Below are positions 9,655-19,136 of a stretch of DNA of 64,000 nucleotides, one piece after another; within the stretch, counting starts at the first letter, position 1; every line of letters starts with the position of its first letter. The translations under genes and the position numbers were made by a program. The DNA is from Candidatus Marinacidobacterales bacterium (GTDB lineage Bacteria > Acidobacteriota > Vicinamibacteria > Marinacidobacterales > DATDRI01): assembly GCA_965226495.1 (NCBI GenBank), contig OZ245365.1:4960001-5024000 (forward strand), written 5' to 3'. The notes under the pieces were generated by a model that saw only the letters and a program-made list of their open reading frames with translations, was not told where the DNA came from and made no database searches.

Positions 9655-11093
9655 ATCCAGGCTCCCGGAACCGCGGCCACGCTGCCCAACGCTCCTTTCT
9701 CACCACAACCTTGACCGGTCGGAAACACCTTGCTCGGATTGCAGAGGCCCTTTGGATTCCAGACTTCGCGAAGCGAACGCATTAGGTCGAGATCCGACTC
9801 GGTGAAGATCAATTTCATGAAGTTTGCCTTCTCGGTACCGACACCGTGCTCGCCGCTGATCGAACCTCCCACCGACACACAGAGTTCCATGATTGCGCGC
9901 CCGGCTTCGAGCACCCTTCGCTTTTCATCTTCGTCACGGCCGTCGTAAGGAATACAGGGATGAAGATTGCCATCGCCAGCATGAAACACGTTAGCCACTC
10001 GAATGCGATACTCGCGCGCGATCTCATCGACCCTGGCCAGAACTTCGGGCAAGCGTGTCCGGGGAACGACTCCATCTTGCACGTAAAGATCGGTGGAGAC
10101 GCGGCCCATCGCCCCGAAGGAAACTTTCCTCCCTTTCCAAAGCCGCTCGCGCTCCTCGTCGTCGCGCGCCGCCGTGAACGCAACCGCGCCACGCTGACGG
10201 CAGATCGATTCCACCTCTTTTTCTAACCGGTCCATGGCGGACTGTGCTCCATCGAATTCCACGAGGAGCACCGCCTCGGCGTCCTTTGGATATCCAGCGG
10301 CGTTGACCCCGGCTTCGACAACTTCGATGGTGGCGTGATCTAGCATTTCCATTGCCGCGGGGACGATACCGCGCGCCACGATGTCGGAGACTGCTTCACA
10401 CGCGGCGACCATGCTACGGAAGGGAGCGAGACACGTCTTCACCGCCTCGGGCAAGGGCAACAATCGCACTTCCACTTCGGTGGCGATGCCGAACGTACCC
10501 TCGGAGCCGACGAAGAGTCCCACCAAATCGTAGCCGACGCCGGGCCGGCGGTCCCCCAGATTCACGATTTCTCCGTCGGGCAAAACCACGGTGAGAGAAA
10601 GGATATGTGCGGTCGTTGCTCCGTACTTGAAGCAATGCGGCCCGCCCGCGTTCTCGGCGATGTTGCCGCCCACCGTGCAGGAAGACTGGCTGGACGGATC
10701 GGGCGCAAAGAAGAGGCCGCTCGAAGCGACACCTTGGGATATCGCGAGGTTGACGATGCCGGTTTGGACACGAGCGGTGCGGTTCTCGATGTCGACGTCG
10801 AGAATCCGGTTCAACCGATTCATCGCTACAACGACCCCGCCTTCGACCGGAATGGCACCCCCGGAGAGACCCGTTCCCGCGCCTCGGCCCACGAAAGGGA
10901 TCCCCGACGTAGCACAGACCCGGACCACCTCCGATACCTCTTCCGTCGAGCCCGGAAGTACCACCGCTTCGGGGGGGCTCTTGAAGGCGGTCGTCCCGTC
11001 ACATTCGTAGACCAGGACGTGCTCGGGCCGTACGAGTAGGGCGTCTTTTCCGACGATCCGCCCTAACTCCTTGAGGGTCCTCTTGGGTAGCAC
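9651..11093 (-). CDS. glcD: Glycolate oxidase FAD-linked subunit
   Basis: RGAGTGLSGG, APDPSS, ENAGGPHCFKYG, HAGDGNLHP, SGEHGVG. Confidence 0.9.
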   Translation of the reverse strand: MLPKRTLKELGRIVGKDALLVRPEHVLVYECDGTTAFKSPPEAVVLPGSTEEVSEVVRVCATSGIPFVGRGAGTGLSGGAIPVEGGVVVAMNRLNRILDVDIENRTARVQTGIVNLAISQGVASSGLFFAPDPSSQSSCTVGGNIAENAGGPHCFKYGATTAHILSLTVVLPDGEIVNLGDRRPGVGYDLVGLFVGSEGTFGIATEVEVRLLPLPEAVKTCLAPFRSMVAACEAVSDIVARGIVPAAMEMLDHATIEVVEAGVNAAGYPKDAEAVLLVEFDGAQSAMDRLEKEVESICRQRGAVAFTAARDDEERERLWKGRKVSFGAMGRVSTDLYVQDGVVPRTRLPEVLARVDEIAREYRIRVANVFHAGDGNLHPCIPYDGRDEDEKRRVLEAGRAIMELCVSVGGSISGEHGVGTEKANFMKLIFTESDLDLMRSLREVWNPKGLCNPSKVFPTGQGCGEKGALGSVAAVPGAWI

Positions 11094-11165
11094 AGAGGCA
11101 AGCTAGCATGGTCCCCGGCGGAGAGGCAAGATCTCGCCGATCGAGCGACCAGTCGAGCTGGACGG

Positions 11166-11194
11166 TTGCAAAGAGGGGGACCGTGTAATACAGT
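11166..11194 (+). promoter_or_regulatory. sigma70-type promoter of the yjbQ-queD-folE operon
   Basis: TTGCAA (11166-71), 17-nt spacer, TACAGT (11189-94). Confidence 0.55.
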
Positions 11195-11213
11195 TGAGGA
11201 CTTGGCCTGGGTT

Positions 11214-11294
11214 GGACTCACTAGTCGACGCCATGGGATTATTTGAACCTGAGGAACGCCCCTGGGCGTCGGGTCAAGTCTGGTAAGTGGGCCT
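11214..11294 (+). ncRNA. Candidate structured cis-regulatory 5' leader RNA (family not recognised)
   Basis: Nested hand-folded pairings CTCACT/AGTGGG, GCCA/TGGT, TTGA(A)CCTG/CGGGTCAA and ACGCC/GGCGT inside an approximately 150-nt UTR. Confidence 0.4.
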
Positions 11295-11352
11295 GCTGCG
11301 GAGACAAATTCTGTAGAACGCGAGTCACTTCGCTCATGACAAGGAGTCAGAC

Positions 11353-11892
11353 ATGAAGATGGCGGCCGGAAGCGCCGAGCTAGCAGTCAAGGTGAAAACG
11401 GAAGTGCCGGAAGTGCCGAAAGTGCCGGAAGTGCCGGAAGTGCCGAAAGTGGAAGCTAACGGGCTGAAAATCTTTTCACGCACCTTGAGGGTTGTCACCG
11501 ACAGCCGAGTAGAGCTCTACAACGTGACCGATCGCATTCGTGATCTGGTAAAGGCCTCGGGAGTCAAGGCTGGCTTCCTTGTCGTCTCTACTCTGCACAC
11601 CACTACCGCGGTGTTCATCAACGAGTTTCAAGCTGCGCTCATGGCCGACGTCAAGACTTTTCTTGAACGGTTCGTCAACAAAGAGCATGGATACCTTCAT
11701 AACTGCGAGGACTCCTCCGACTGCGACCGGAAGAATGCCGACTCCCATCTCAGGGCGATGCTCTTAGGGCACAATCTGACACTACCCATCCAGGAAGGTT
11801 CCATTACCCTGGGCAAGTGGCAGAGCATCTTGTTTGCGGAGCTCGATGGTCCCCGGGAGCGGATCGTGACCGCTCAGGTCATCGGTATCTAG
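11353..11892 (+). CDS. yjbQ: YjbQ/UPF0047 family protein (secondary thiamine-phosphate synthase-like)
   Basis: HTTTAVFINE, NADSHLRAMLLG, LGKWQSILFAELDGPRER; RBS AAGGAG. Confidence 0.88.
   Translation: MKMAAGSAELAVKVKTEVPEVPKVPEVPEVPKVEANGLKIFSRTLRVVTDSRVELYNVTDRIRDLVKASGVKAGFLVVSTLHTTTAVFINEFQAALMADVKTFLERFVNKEHGYLHNCEDSSDCDRKNADSHLRAMLLGHNLTLPIQEGSITLGKWQSILFAELDGPRERIVTAQVIGI
11401..11451 (+). repeat. In-frame 9-bp tandem repeat (RAAGTGCCG x5 plus a partial copy) encoding EVP/KVP
   Basis: Visible directly at the 5' end of yjbQ. Confidence 0.9.
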
Positions 11893-11912
11893 AGGTATCT
11901 AGGCGTATCTAG
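11885..11912. repeat. 10-bp-period tandem repeat with GTATCTAG core x3
   Basis: Copies at 11885, 11895 and 11905; the first includes the yjbQ stop codon. Confidence 0.85.
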
Positions 11913-12033
11913 GCCCCACTACAAATAGTTCTCCCCCGCGCTTGTTAGAAATCGCTCGGAAGCGGGCGTTCGCTTGCCCGCGCCGCTGAGAATCAAGCTA
12001 CACTGGCAGCCGCGCGGGAGGTCAGGCAAAACG

Positions 12034-12411
12034 TTGCAGTTACGGTTGGATTTCGATTTCAACGCCGCCCATCGTCTTCCTTACTACGAAGGCCCCTGCT
12101 TTCAAACTCACGGACACAATTATCGACTGAGGGTTTTGGTCAAGGGTCGTGTCGACCCTGCAACGGGCCTGTCGATGGACTTCACAGCCATCAAGCGCGT
12201 TGTCCAAGACACTGTCCTCCAGACCATCGATCACAACGACCTGAATCAGGTGCTCGACAACCCGACTGCGGAAAACGTCGTGGCTTGGATTTGGAAGCGG
12301 CTACGCCCCGCCCTGCCAGGCCTCGTCGAGCTCCAACTCTTCGAAACGCCAGATTGTGGCGTCATCTACCGCGGAGACTCGGATGGGGAAGCGGAAGCGG
12401 CCCAACAGTAA
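12034..12411 (+). CDS. queD: 6-carboxytetrahydropterin synthase / PTPS family
   Basis: FNAAHRL, CFQTHGHNY, MDF, DHNDLN, NPTAEN, ETP; TTG start after GGGAGG. Confidence 0.85.
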   Translation: MQLRLDFDFNAAHRLPYYEGPCFQTHGHNYRLRVLVKGRVDPATGLSMDFTAIKRVVQDTVLQTIDHNDLNQVLDNPTAENVVAWIWKRLRPALPGLVELQLFETPDCGVIYRGDSDGEAEAAQQ

Positions 12412-13036
12412 GACGAGCCGACCAACTCGTCGCCGCCAAACCCCGGACTTACGCTTGATGAGTGAAGCGATCCGTGCGTTCTTGGATACGGCAGGAATCG
12501 ATACCTCCCACCCACAATTGATCGACACACCCAAGCGCGTGGCGCAATCGTGGACCGAGGAGTTTTTGGACGGATACGATGCCGACCCTGCCGTCATCCT
12601 CGGCGATAACTTCGACGCCGATGAGAGCGCCTCGAAGGACTCCTCGGGGTTGGTCCTGGCCAAAGATATTCCGTTTCACGGCCTTTGTCCTCATCATCTA
12701 CTTCCCCTGCAGGGGCGAGCCCACATCGGTTATCTTCCCAATGGCAAACTGGTCCCGTTCTCTGGCCTGGTGAGACTGCTGGACTGCTTCGCACACCGGC
12801 TAGAGGTGCAGGAGACCGTGACCAAGCAGGTCGCGGAAGCACTGGTAAAGCATTTGGACGTCAAAGGAGCGGCATCGATTCTTGAAAGCGAGCAGACTTG
12901 TATGACTCTGCGGGGAGTAAAACGCCTCGGTACTCGGATCGTCACCACTCACTTCGCGGGAGTATTCACTTCGCGGGCCGACCTAAGGAGCGAGTTCCTG
13001 CAGAGCGTGGGCCGTCCCGAAGAGACTGATGAATGA
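12383..13036 (+). CDS. folE: GTP cyclohydrolase I-like protein with divergent active-site motifs
   Basis: DTPKRVA, CPHHLLP, AHIGYLP, RLEVQE, TCMTLRG. Confidence 0.8.
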   Translation: MGKRKRPNSKTSRPTRRRQTPDLRLMSEAIRAFLDTAGIDTSHPQLIDTPKRVAQSWTEEFLDGYDADPAVILGDNFDADESASKDSSGLVLAKDIPFHGLCPHHLLPLQGRAHIGYLPNGKLVPFSGLVRLLDCFAHRLEVQETVTKQVAEALVKHLDVKGAASILESEQTCMTLRGVKRLGTRIVTTHFAGVFTSRADLRSEFLQSVGRPEETDE

Positions 13037-13672
13037 GTGGAGGAGACTTCCGTCCTCGAGTCGCGATCATCACCGGCGCCGGCCGGGGTATCGGTCGCGC
13101 AACGGCCCTGGCCTTCGCCGCGAAGGGCATTGCGGTCGCAATCGCTTCCCGCCGACCCGCCGACCTGATGGCGGTGGAAGGTCAGATCGAAGAGCAAGGA
13201 GGCAAAGCGTTGGCGGTCCCCACCGATGTATCGGTGGACCAAGCAAGTCGACGAGCTAGTCGAGAAAGCCGAAAAGGAGCTGGGCGCCGTCGATGTCCTG
13301 GTAAACAACGCCGGCGTCTTGGAACGTCACCCAGTCGTGGAAACTAGCGAGGAGTCTTGGGATCGCGTGCTAGACATCAATCTCAAGGGAGCCTTTCTCT
13401 GCACGCGGGCCGTGCTACCCCAAATGATACGCCAGCGCCGGGGGCGGATCCTCAACGTGTCCTCGATCTCGGGCCGAGTCGGCACGCCGCAGCTTGCTTC
13501 TTACTGCGCTTCCAAATGGGGGTTACTCGGCTTCACTAAGGCTACCGCCGCAGAGGTGCGCCAGCACGACGTCGAGGTCATGGCGGTCTGTCCCGGATCG
13601 GTGGCGACCGAGATGCTCAGTAAGGGCTTGCCCGGAGCGAAACCGGACATCACTTCCGAGACGAGACACTAG
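13033..13672 (+). CDS. Short-chain dehydrogenase/reductase, frameshifted near 13240 and possibly C-terminally short
   Basis: TGAGRGIG in ORF 13033; NNAG, SS and YCASK in ORF 13226. Removing one base near 13240 joins them. Confidence 0.8.
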
Positions 13673-13675
13673 TAC

Positions 13676-14101
13676 CTAGGCCTTCCGAGGCCGCGCATGC
13701 CAGTAGTCAACGCTCAACCGATCCTCTTCTCGCGGAACCCAGAGAACGAAGAGCAATAGACCGAGCCGGGGCATCACATGACCGGTGAAGCTATACAGAG
13801 GCTCCTTCAAAAGATGGCCGTAGGTCACGAGGAGAAGCACCGCGCCCAATGCTATCGACGCCTCCCGAATGCGCCAGCCGATGATGAGGAGCGCGCCGGC
13901 CACCAACTCGATGGCTGGCGCCACGCTGCCGCTTGCCCAGAGCAAGATCACAGGAATCCAGTTGTCTGCGTACGGCTCGACGAACATCCGTCGTGCGTGC
14001 TCGACCGAGCCAAGCTCGAATACTTTCCACCAACCGGCCATGAAAAAGATGAGGCCTAGCGTGACGCGCGCGAAAAAAATGGCCAGGCTACGTTTGGACA
14101 T
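13676..14101 (-). CDS. DoxX family membrane protein
   Basis: ARVTLGLIFFMAGWWK, IELVAGALLIIG, four hydrophobic segments. Confidence 0.8.
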   Translation of the reverse strand: MSKRSLAIFFARVTLGLIFFMAGWWKVFELGSVEHARRMFVEPYADNWIPVILLWASGSVAPAIELVAGALLIIGWRIREASIALGAVLLLVTYGHLLKEPLYSFTGHVMPRLGLLLFVLWVPREEDRLSVDYWHARPRKA

Positions 14102-14104
14102 CTT

Positions 14105-14983
14105 TCAACGTGACGCTATCTTCTGGAGGGTCTCGTGCAAGCGATGCGCCATAATTTTGCAGATGATACTCGTAAGATAGAGCGCCGCTCCCACGTTGTA
14201 TTCGATCGCCCGCTCCAAGGTTTCCGCCGGGACGACGTAAACGTCGAGGGCGCCGCGGGCCACTGCCGACGCAGAGCGTGGCCTCTGATCGATGAACGAC
14301 AACTCACCGAAAAAGTTGCCGGAGCCGAGTCGCGCAAGGGTCATCGACTCACCCGAAGCGCTCTCCTTTCGGATCTCCACTTCACCCTCACCGATGACGA
14401 AGAGTTCTTTGCCTTCGTCCCCTTCATGAAACACGACCGCGTCGGACTCGAAGCTGCGGGGACTGAAGAGCGATTCCAACCGCCGAAGCTCGGCTTCAGA
14501 CAACTGGGCCGATGGCGTGTCGTCCAGTGAGTCGCCTTTATCAGCTGTCGCCATCTCTTGAAGAACCTCGTTGGCGGATCTTATTTTTTGCGACATGCTT
14601 TTTGCGAAGAGTCCCAAGAACTTGACCGCCCCGGTCCGGCTATAACGAAAGGCCCCCTTGAGAAAATGCCGGTCGAGAGAGAAACAAGCCGCGTCCGTTT
14701 CCGCTTCCGCGAAAATGGGGGTATCGGAAACGAAGAGTGCTTCCTCCCCGAGAAGCCCATTCTTCTGCTGTTTGCCGAGCGGCAATCTCCCGCGGTTCCC
14801 TTCGGTTTCCAGTCGGATCTCACCGTCACGAATCAGCAAAATCTCGTCACCGATGGCAACCGCTTCCCCAGCCGCAAAGCTTCGTTCTTTCAGTTCTTTG
14901 TCGAAAACGCTCGCTTCGGCGGCCGTCAAAACGGCAAGGGGGGATAAGGAGCGGAGGGACAGGGAAGGGCCCTGGGAGTCCAC
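14105..14983 (-). CDS. Tandem cyclic-nucleotide-binding domain protein
   Basis: Second domain canonical (FHEGDEG, GEVEI, FFGELS, PRSASA); first domain degenerate (LLGEEAL). No HTH evident. Confidence 0.8.
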   Translation of the reverse strand: MDSQGPSLSLRSLSPLAVLTAAEASVFDKELKERSFAAGEAVAIGDEILLIRDGEIRLETEGNRGRLPLGKQQKNGLLGEEALFVSDTPIFAEAETDAACFSLDRHFLKGAFRYSRTGAVKFLGLFAKSMSQKIRSANEVLQEMATADKGDSLDDTPSAQLSEAELRRLESLFSPRSFESDAVVFHEGDEGKELFVIGEGEVEIRKESASGESMTLARLGSGNFFGELSFIDQRPRSASAVARGALDVYVVPAETLERAIEYNVGAALYLTSIICKIMAHRLHETLQKIASR

Positions 14984-15007
14984 GAGGCGTATTCTATCCC
15001 CATTTAT

Positions 15008-15079
15008 TTCGGGGATAGGTGATTAAATAACTTACCTAATCAAGTCAACGAGTTAGGAGTTAAATCACCTGTCCCCGAA
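15008..15079. repeat. 72-bp inverted-repeat element (REP/MITE-like hairpin)
   Basis: TTCGGGGATAGGTGATT ... AATCACCTGTCCCCGAA (17 bp, one mismatch) around an AT-rich core with an inner CCTAA/TTAGG stem. Confidence 0.7.
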
Positions 15080-15091
15080 TTAGAATTGGAA

Positions 15092-16528
15092 TTAGACGCC
15101 TAGGTTGACGAGCTTGGTTTCCAGGTAATTGTCGAGGCCCTCTTGGCCCGACTCGTGGCCCATCCCGCTCTGTTTCCATCCCGGGAAGGGCCCTTCGGTC
15201 GCGGCCACTGCCCAATCGTTCACGCCGACCATGCCGAACTCCAAACCTTCATAGCAGCGAACCGCTGTTTTCATGTCGTTGGTCCAAACATAAGAAGCAA
15301 GCCCATATGGCGTCCGGTTGGCGAGCTCGATGACCTCGTCCGTATCCTCGAACGTCGCGAGCGGCAAGACCGGGCCGAAGATCTCTTCGTTATAGATGGG
15401 GACTGAGGGATCGACTTGGTTCAGCACGGTGGGTCGATAGAAATATCCTTTGGCGAAACCCTCCGGGCGGCCTCCGCCGGTCAGAACCTCGACGCCCTTG
15501 CCGCGGGCATCGGCCACCATCGCCTCGACGCGTTCGCGTTGGGTGGCGTTGATCATCGGTCCCACGTCGGTCTCGGGGCGGAGACCGTCGCCGACGGTGA
15601 GCGCCTCGACGTTCGGGACCAACCGCTCCACGAATTCATCGCTGACTTCCCGGTGAACCAGGAAGCGCTGAGGGGAAGTGCAGACTTGACCGGCATTGCG
15701 ATATTTGATGCCGACCGCACTCTTAGCCAACGCGTTCACGTCGGCGTCAGGAAAAATCAACACCGGCGCGTTCCCACCTAGCTCCAAGGAGAGACGGGTA
15801 AAGGTTCGCGAGGCGCCATCCAACAGAATGCGCCCCACCCGCACGCTCCCGGTGAAACTGATCTTGCGACAGTCGGCGTGGTCGAGCATCATCTGCCCCA
15901 TCGGCTCCGGCTCTCCGTTAACGAGGTTCATTACGCCGGCGGGAATGCCCGCCTCGACGAGGATGTTCATCATAGCCATTGCGGTGAGCGGTGTGAACTC
16001 TGAAGGACGGGCGACCACAGTACACCCTGCCGCTAAGGCCGCCGCCCAAGCCCGCGAGGTGTTGTAGGCGGGGAAGTTCCACGCGGTAATGATGCCCACC
16101 ACACCGATCGGTTGCTTGAGAACCAAGAGGCGCTTACCGGGGCGGCGGGATGGTATCGTCCGCCCGTAGGCGCGTTTGCACTCTTCCGAAAACCACTCGA
16201 ACAGATCCGCAGCGACGACCCACTCTCCCTTGGCCTGCGCCATCGGTTTGCCACACTCCTGGACCGTCGTCTTTGCAAGGTCCCCGGCACGATCACGCAT
16301 CAGGTCGGCAGCCTTTCGCAAAATGCTGGCGCGTTCATAAGCCGTCCGCTGAGACCAAGCAGGAAACGCGCGCGCCGCGGAGTCGATCGCCGCCTTGCAA
16401 TCGCTGCCATCTCCGAACGGGACTTCGCGCACGACATCTTCGGTGGCGGGATTGATAACTTTCCAAGTCCCGCCGTTTCCAGCACCAACCCAGTCTCCAT
16501 CAATGTATTGCTTGTAGATGTAGCTCAC
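15092..16528 (-). CDS. gabD: NAD(P)-dependent succinate-semialdehyde dehydrogenase-like ALDH
   Basis: ITAWNFP, SFTGS, LELGGNAP, RNAGQVC, EEIFGP. Confidence 0.8.
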   Translation of the reverse strand: MSYIYKQYIDGDWVGAGNGGTWKVINPATEDVVREVPFGDGSDCKAAIDSAARAFPAWSQRTAYERASILRKAADLMRDRAGDLAKTTVQECGKPMAQAKGEWVVAADLFEWFSEECKRAYGRTIPSRRPGKRLLVLKQPIGVVGIITAWNFPAYNTSRAWAAALAAGCTVVARPSEFTPLTAMAMMNILVEAGIPAGVMNLVNGEPEPMGQMMLDHADCRKISFTGSVRVGRILLDGASRTFTRLSLELGGNAPVLIFPDADVNALAKSAVGIKYRNAGQVCTSPQRFLVHREVSDEFVERLVPNVEALTVGDGLRPETDVGPMINATQRERVEAMVADARGKGVEVLTGGGRPEGFAKGYFYRPTVLNQVDPSVPIYNEEIFGPVLPLATFEDTDEVIELANRTPYGLASYVWTNDMKTAVRCYEGLEFGMVGVNDWAVAATEGPFPGWKQSGMGHESGQEGLDNYLETKLVNLGV

Positions 16529-16551
16529 GAGCGCCTACTCCTTTCCGTTGC

Positions 16552-17841
16552 TTACTTTGCCTGCTTAGCTTGTCGAGCTGGATGATATTCAAGATCCAGC
16601 AAAGCCCATCGCGCCATCATGACGAAATTGATGGCGAAGCAAACGACGCCTCCGAACACGAGGCCCAGTGAGACGACGAGTATCTCGCTCCTCATACTCA
16701 CTATTCCCACTACCGTGGCCAGGACCCCAACGGTGACCAAGACATTAGACAAAGCGCGAAGTCGATGGTTGTAGAGATCCTTCATCCCCGGCACCGCCGT
16801 CTTGCCGAAATCGCGCTGGAAACGCTCTTGCCAAACCCAAATCGGAAAGAGCTTGAACGCAACGGTAGTGATGGTAAGCACGATCCAACCGAGAAAGCCG
16901 GCGTAGCCATAGGCAAACTGGACTCGCATGCGAAGCGGGCTCTCGGGTGCAGGAATCCCGAAGGCGAGGAAAACGCCCGCCACCGCGGTCGCTACCAGGA
17001 TAACGAGCGGTACGACTTCCCACTCCCTCGCCCGCCCCGTTACGAAGGCCCGCACCGGGCCCCAAGACTGCCACGCGATAACCACCAACAACACCGTCGC
17101 AAAGGGAGCACACCATGGAAGGTCGGCCAGAAACGTAGTGGCCAGCCCCAAAATTCCCAACTGCAAAAGCCAGAAGCGGATCGGGAGCAGACTCTCCTTG
17201 CCGCGGGTCGTAGGAACTAACGCAAGCTGAACCCCGAATATCATCGTGGTCACCCACCCGATTCCGGCCAGGTGCATATGAGCAAAGAGATTGGACGTGA
17301 ACCTACCTGGTAGAAGGCTCGTCTCGCCGGCGAGAATCTTGTTGAAACCAAGGAGCGCTCCCAGCGACGCAGTCAACACTAGGTAAACCATCGAGGCGGC
17401 GACGTAGGGAGCGATCTTGTTCCCGCCGAACGCGCACCGCCAGACGCCGGAGAAGTTCACGAGCTGAACGACCGCCGCGGCGAGAACTAACAATGTTGCC
17501 CAGGCCATGCCATTCCACTCCGCAATCCAGAAGTGAAAAACCATGCCGGTAGCCCCCACGAAGAAGAGCACGAACTGGACGCGAGCGAGCCGCGCCGAGC
17601 GGGGATTGACGCGGAGGCTCATCGGAGCAAGCCGCAAGATCACTCCCATCATCAAGGAAGTGATGAAACCAAGGGTTATGACGTGCGTGAGGGCTAGGAA
17701 CTCAGGAGAGTAGAAATATTCCAGAAACTGCCGGTGGCGAACCCACATCCACAGGGTCCCGCCAAGGAGCGAGGCCATGGCGGTGAGCATGAAGGGCTCT
17801 TCGATTCGCGCGTGCCCTTGCTTGCTGTTGGCGGGTGACAA
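16552..17841 (-). CDS. Multi-pass membrane protein with conserved intramembrane His residues (NnrS/heme-copper-oxidase-like repeat)
   Basis: About 12 TM segments, THVITLGF, AHMHLAGIGW. Confidence 0.55.
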   Translation of the reverse strand: MSPANSKQGHARIEEPFMLTAMASLLGGTLWMWVRHRQFLEYFYSPEFLALTHVITLGFITSLMMGVILRLAPMSLRVNPRSARLARVQFVLFFVGATGMVFHFWIAEWNGMAWATLLVLAAAVVQLVNFSGVWRCAFGGNKIAPYVAASMVYLVLTASLGALLGFNKILAGETSLLPGRFTSNLFAHMHLAGIGWVTTMIFGVQLALVPTTRGKESLLPIRFWLLQLGILGLATTFLADLPWCAPFATVLLVVIAWQSWGPVRAFVTGRAREWEVVPLVILVATAVAGVFLAFGIPAPESPLRMRVQFAYGYAGFLGWIVLTITTVAFKLFPIWVWQERFQRDFGKTAVPGMKDLYNHRLRALSNVLVTVGVLATVVGIVSMRSEILVVSLGLVFGGVVCFAINFVMMARWALLDLEYHPARQAKQAK

Positions 17842-17850
17842 CTGACGTTT

Positions 17851-19119
17851 CTATTCGCTCGAGCTCGGGAGAGCGAAACTCGTTCGATCGACGACCACCT
17901 TACCGTTGTGAACCACCAACAGGATGTCCTGCAAAGCGACGATGTCTTCGAGAGGGTTGCGCTCCACCGCAATCAAGTCCGCCTCGAGCCCGCTCCGGAT
18001 GGTCCCTGTTCTACCATCCACTCCGAGCAGTCTCGCCGCCGTTGCGGTGGCGGCGAGAATGGCTTCCATCGGTGAAAGCCCACATTTCACCAGCTCTTCA
18101 ACCTCATGCTGAAGTCTCAAGACACCCTCGGGCCCGAAGCCGGTGTCGGTCGCAGCAGCAATGGGAATTTGCATCGCATGGGCCTCGCGCACCACCTCGC
18201 GAAGACGCGTCAGCATGTGGCGACCGCGTACTTGAAGAAACGGATCGTCGTAATCGCCTCCCGGGGCGGCGAGATCGGTAACGACCGCCACCGTGGGAAC
18301 CAAAAAGGTTCCTTTCTCTTTCATGAGCTCGAGTGTCGTCGTCGTCAAGTAGGTTCCATGCTCGATGCTGCGAACACCCGCTCGCACGGCGGCGCGAGCC
18401 CCCTCATCACCGTGCGCATGAGCGGCCACCGGAATGCCCGAGCGACCGGCTTCGTCCACCACCGCGGCGATCTCTTCTTCCGACATCGTTTGTTTGCGCG
18501 GGTCGGTCTCGGGTAGCCCGGCTCGTTCGGTGGAAGTAATTTTGATCCAATCCACGCGGTGCCGAATGTTCACTTCGGTCACGCGCCGAAAAGCGTCCGG
18601 CCCGCGGACTCCCGCCATCAAATCTGCCAGCCCCGGCTCGTCTATAAAGAGCTCGGACGACGGAGTCGGTCGGACATGGTACCCGGCGGCTAGAATCTCG
18701 GGGGAGTCGATCGCTCCTTCTCGGCCCAGTTCGCGAAGACCCACGTCGGTGAAATGGGCGGTCCCCATGCTGCGCGCCGTCGTGACTCCCGATCGGAGCG
18801 CTTTCTCCGCGTTACGGATTCCCCTCAGGTGGACGTGGGCGTCGATCAAACCTGGCAGCAGATACTTTCCTTGCAGATCGATCACTTCCGCATCGGCTGC
18901 CCCTGCTGAGGATGCCGCAGAGGCTTCGGACGACCCCTCCGTGACCCGCTCGATGCGACCGTCGCGAACGACCACGGTGGCATTCATCAGGACGCTCGAG
19001 CCTAACCCGTCGATCACATTGGCATGGGTCAGGATCAAGACTCCGTTCGACGTTGACTGGGCTCCCAGCAAAGTCGCAAGCGAGATAACGACGGCGAAAC
19101 TCAACGAGATCGGTTTCAT
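17851..19119 (-). CDS. Secreted metal-dependent amidohydrolase
   Basis: Signal peptide, PGLIDAHVH, AAHAHG, SIEHG, AATD. Confidence 0.88.
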   Translation of the reverse strand: MKPISLSFAVVISLATLLGAQSTSNGVLILTHANVIDGLGSSVLMNATVVVRDGRIERVTEGSSEASAASSAGAADAEVIDLQGKYLLPGLIDAHVHLRGIRNAEKALRSGVTTARSMGTAHFTDVGLRELGREGAIDSPEILAAGYHVRPTPSSELFIDEPGLADLMAGVRGPDAFRRVTEVNIRHRVDWIKITSTERAGLPETDPRKQTMSEEEIAAVVDEAGRSGIPVAAHAHGDEGARAAVRAGVRSIEHGTYLTTTTLELMKEKGTFLVPTVAVVTDLAAPGGDYDDPFLQVRGRHMLTRLREVVREAHAMQIPIAAATDTGFGPEGVLRLQHEVEELVKCGLSPMEAILAATATAARLLGVDGRTGTIRSGLEADLIAVERNPLEDIVALQDILLVVHNGKVVVDRTSFALPSSSE

Positions 19120-19136
19120 CCTGTTCCTCCCGCCGA

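Noticed and set aside
11243-11290. TPP riboswitch, suggested by TGAACCTGA upstream of yjbQ
   Set aside because: The CTGAGA motif and the ATAATGCCAGCGTAGG-type P4/P5 region are missing. Kept only as an unknown leader.
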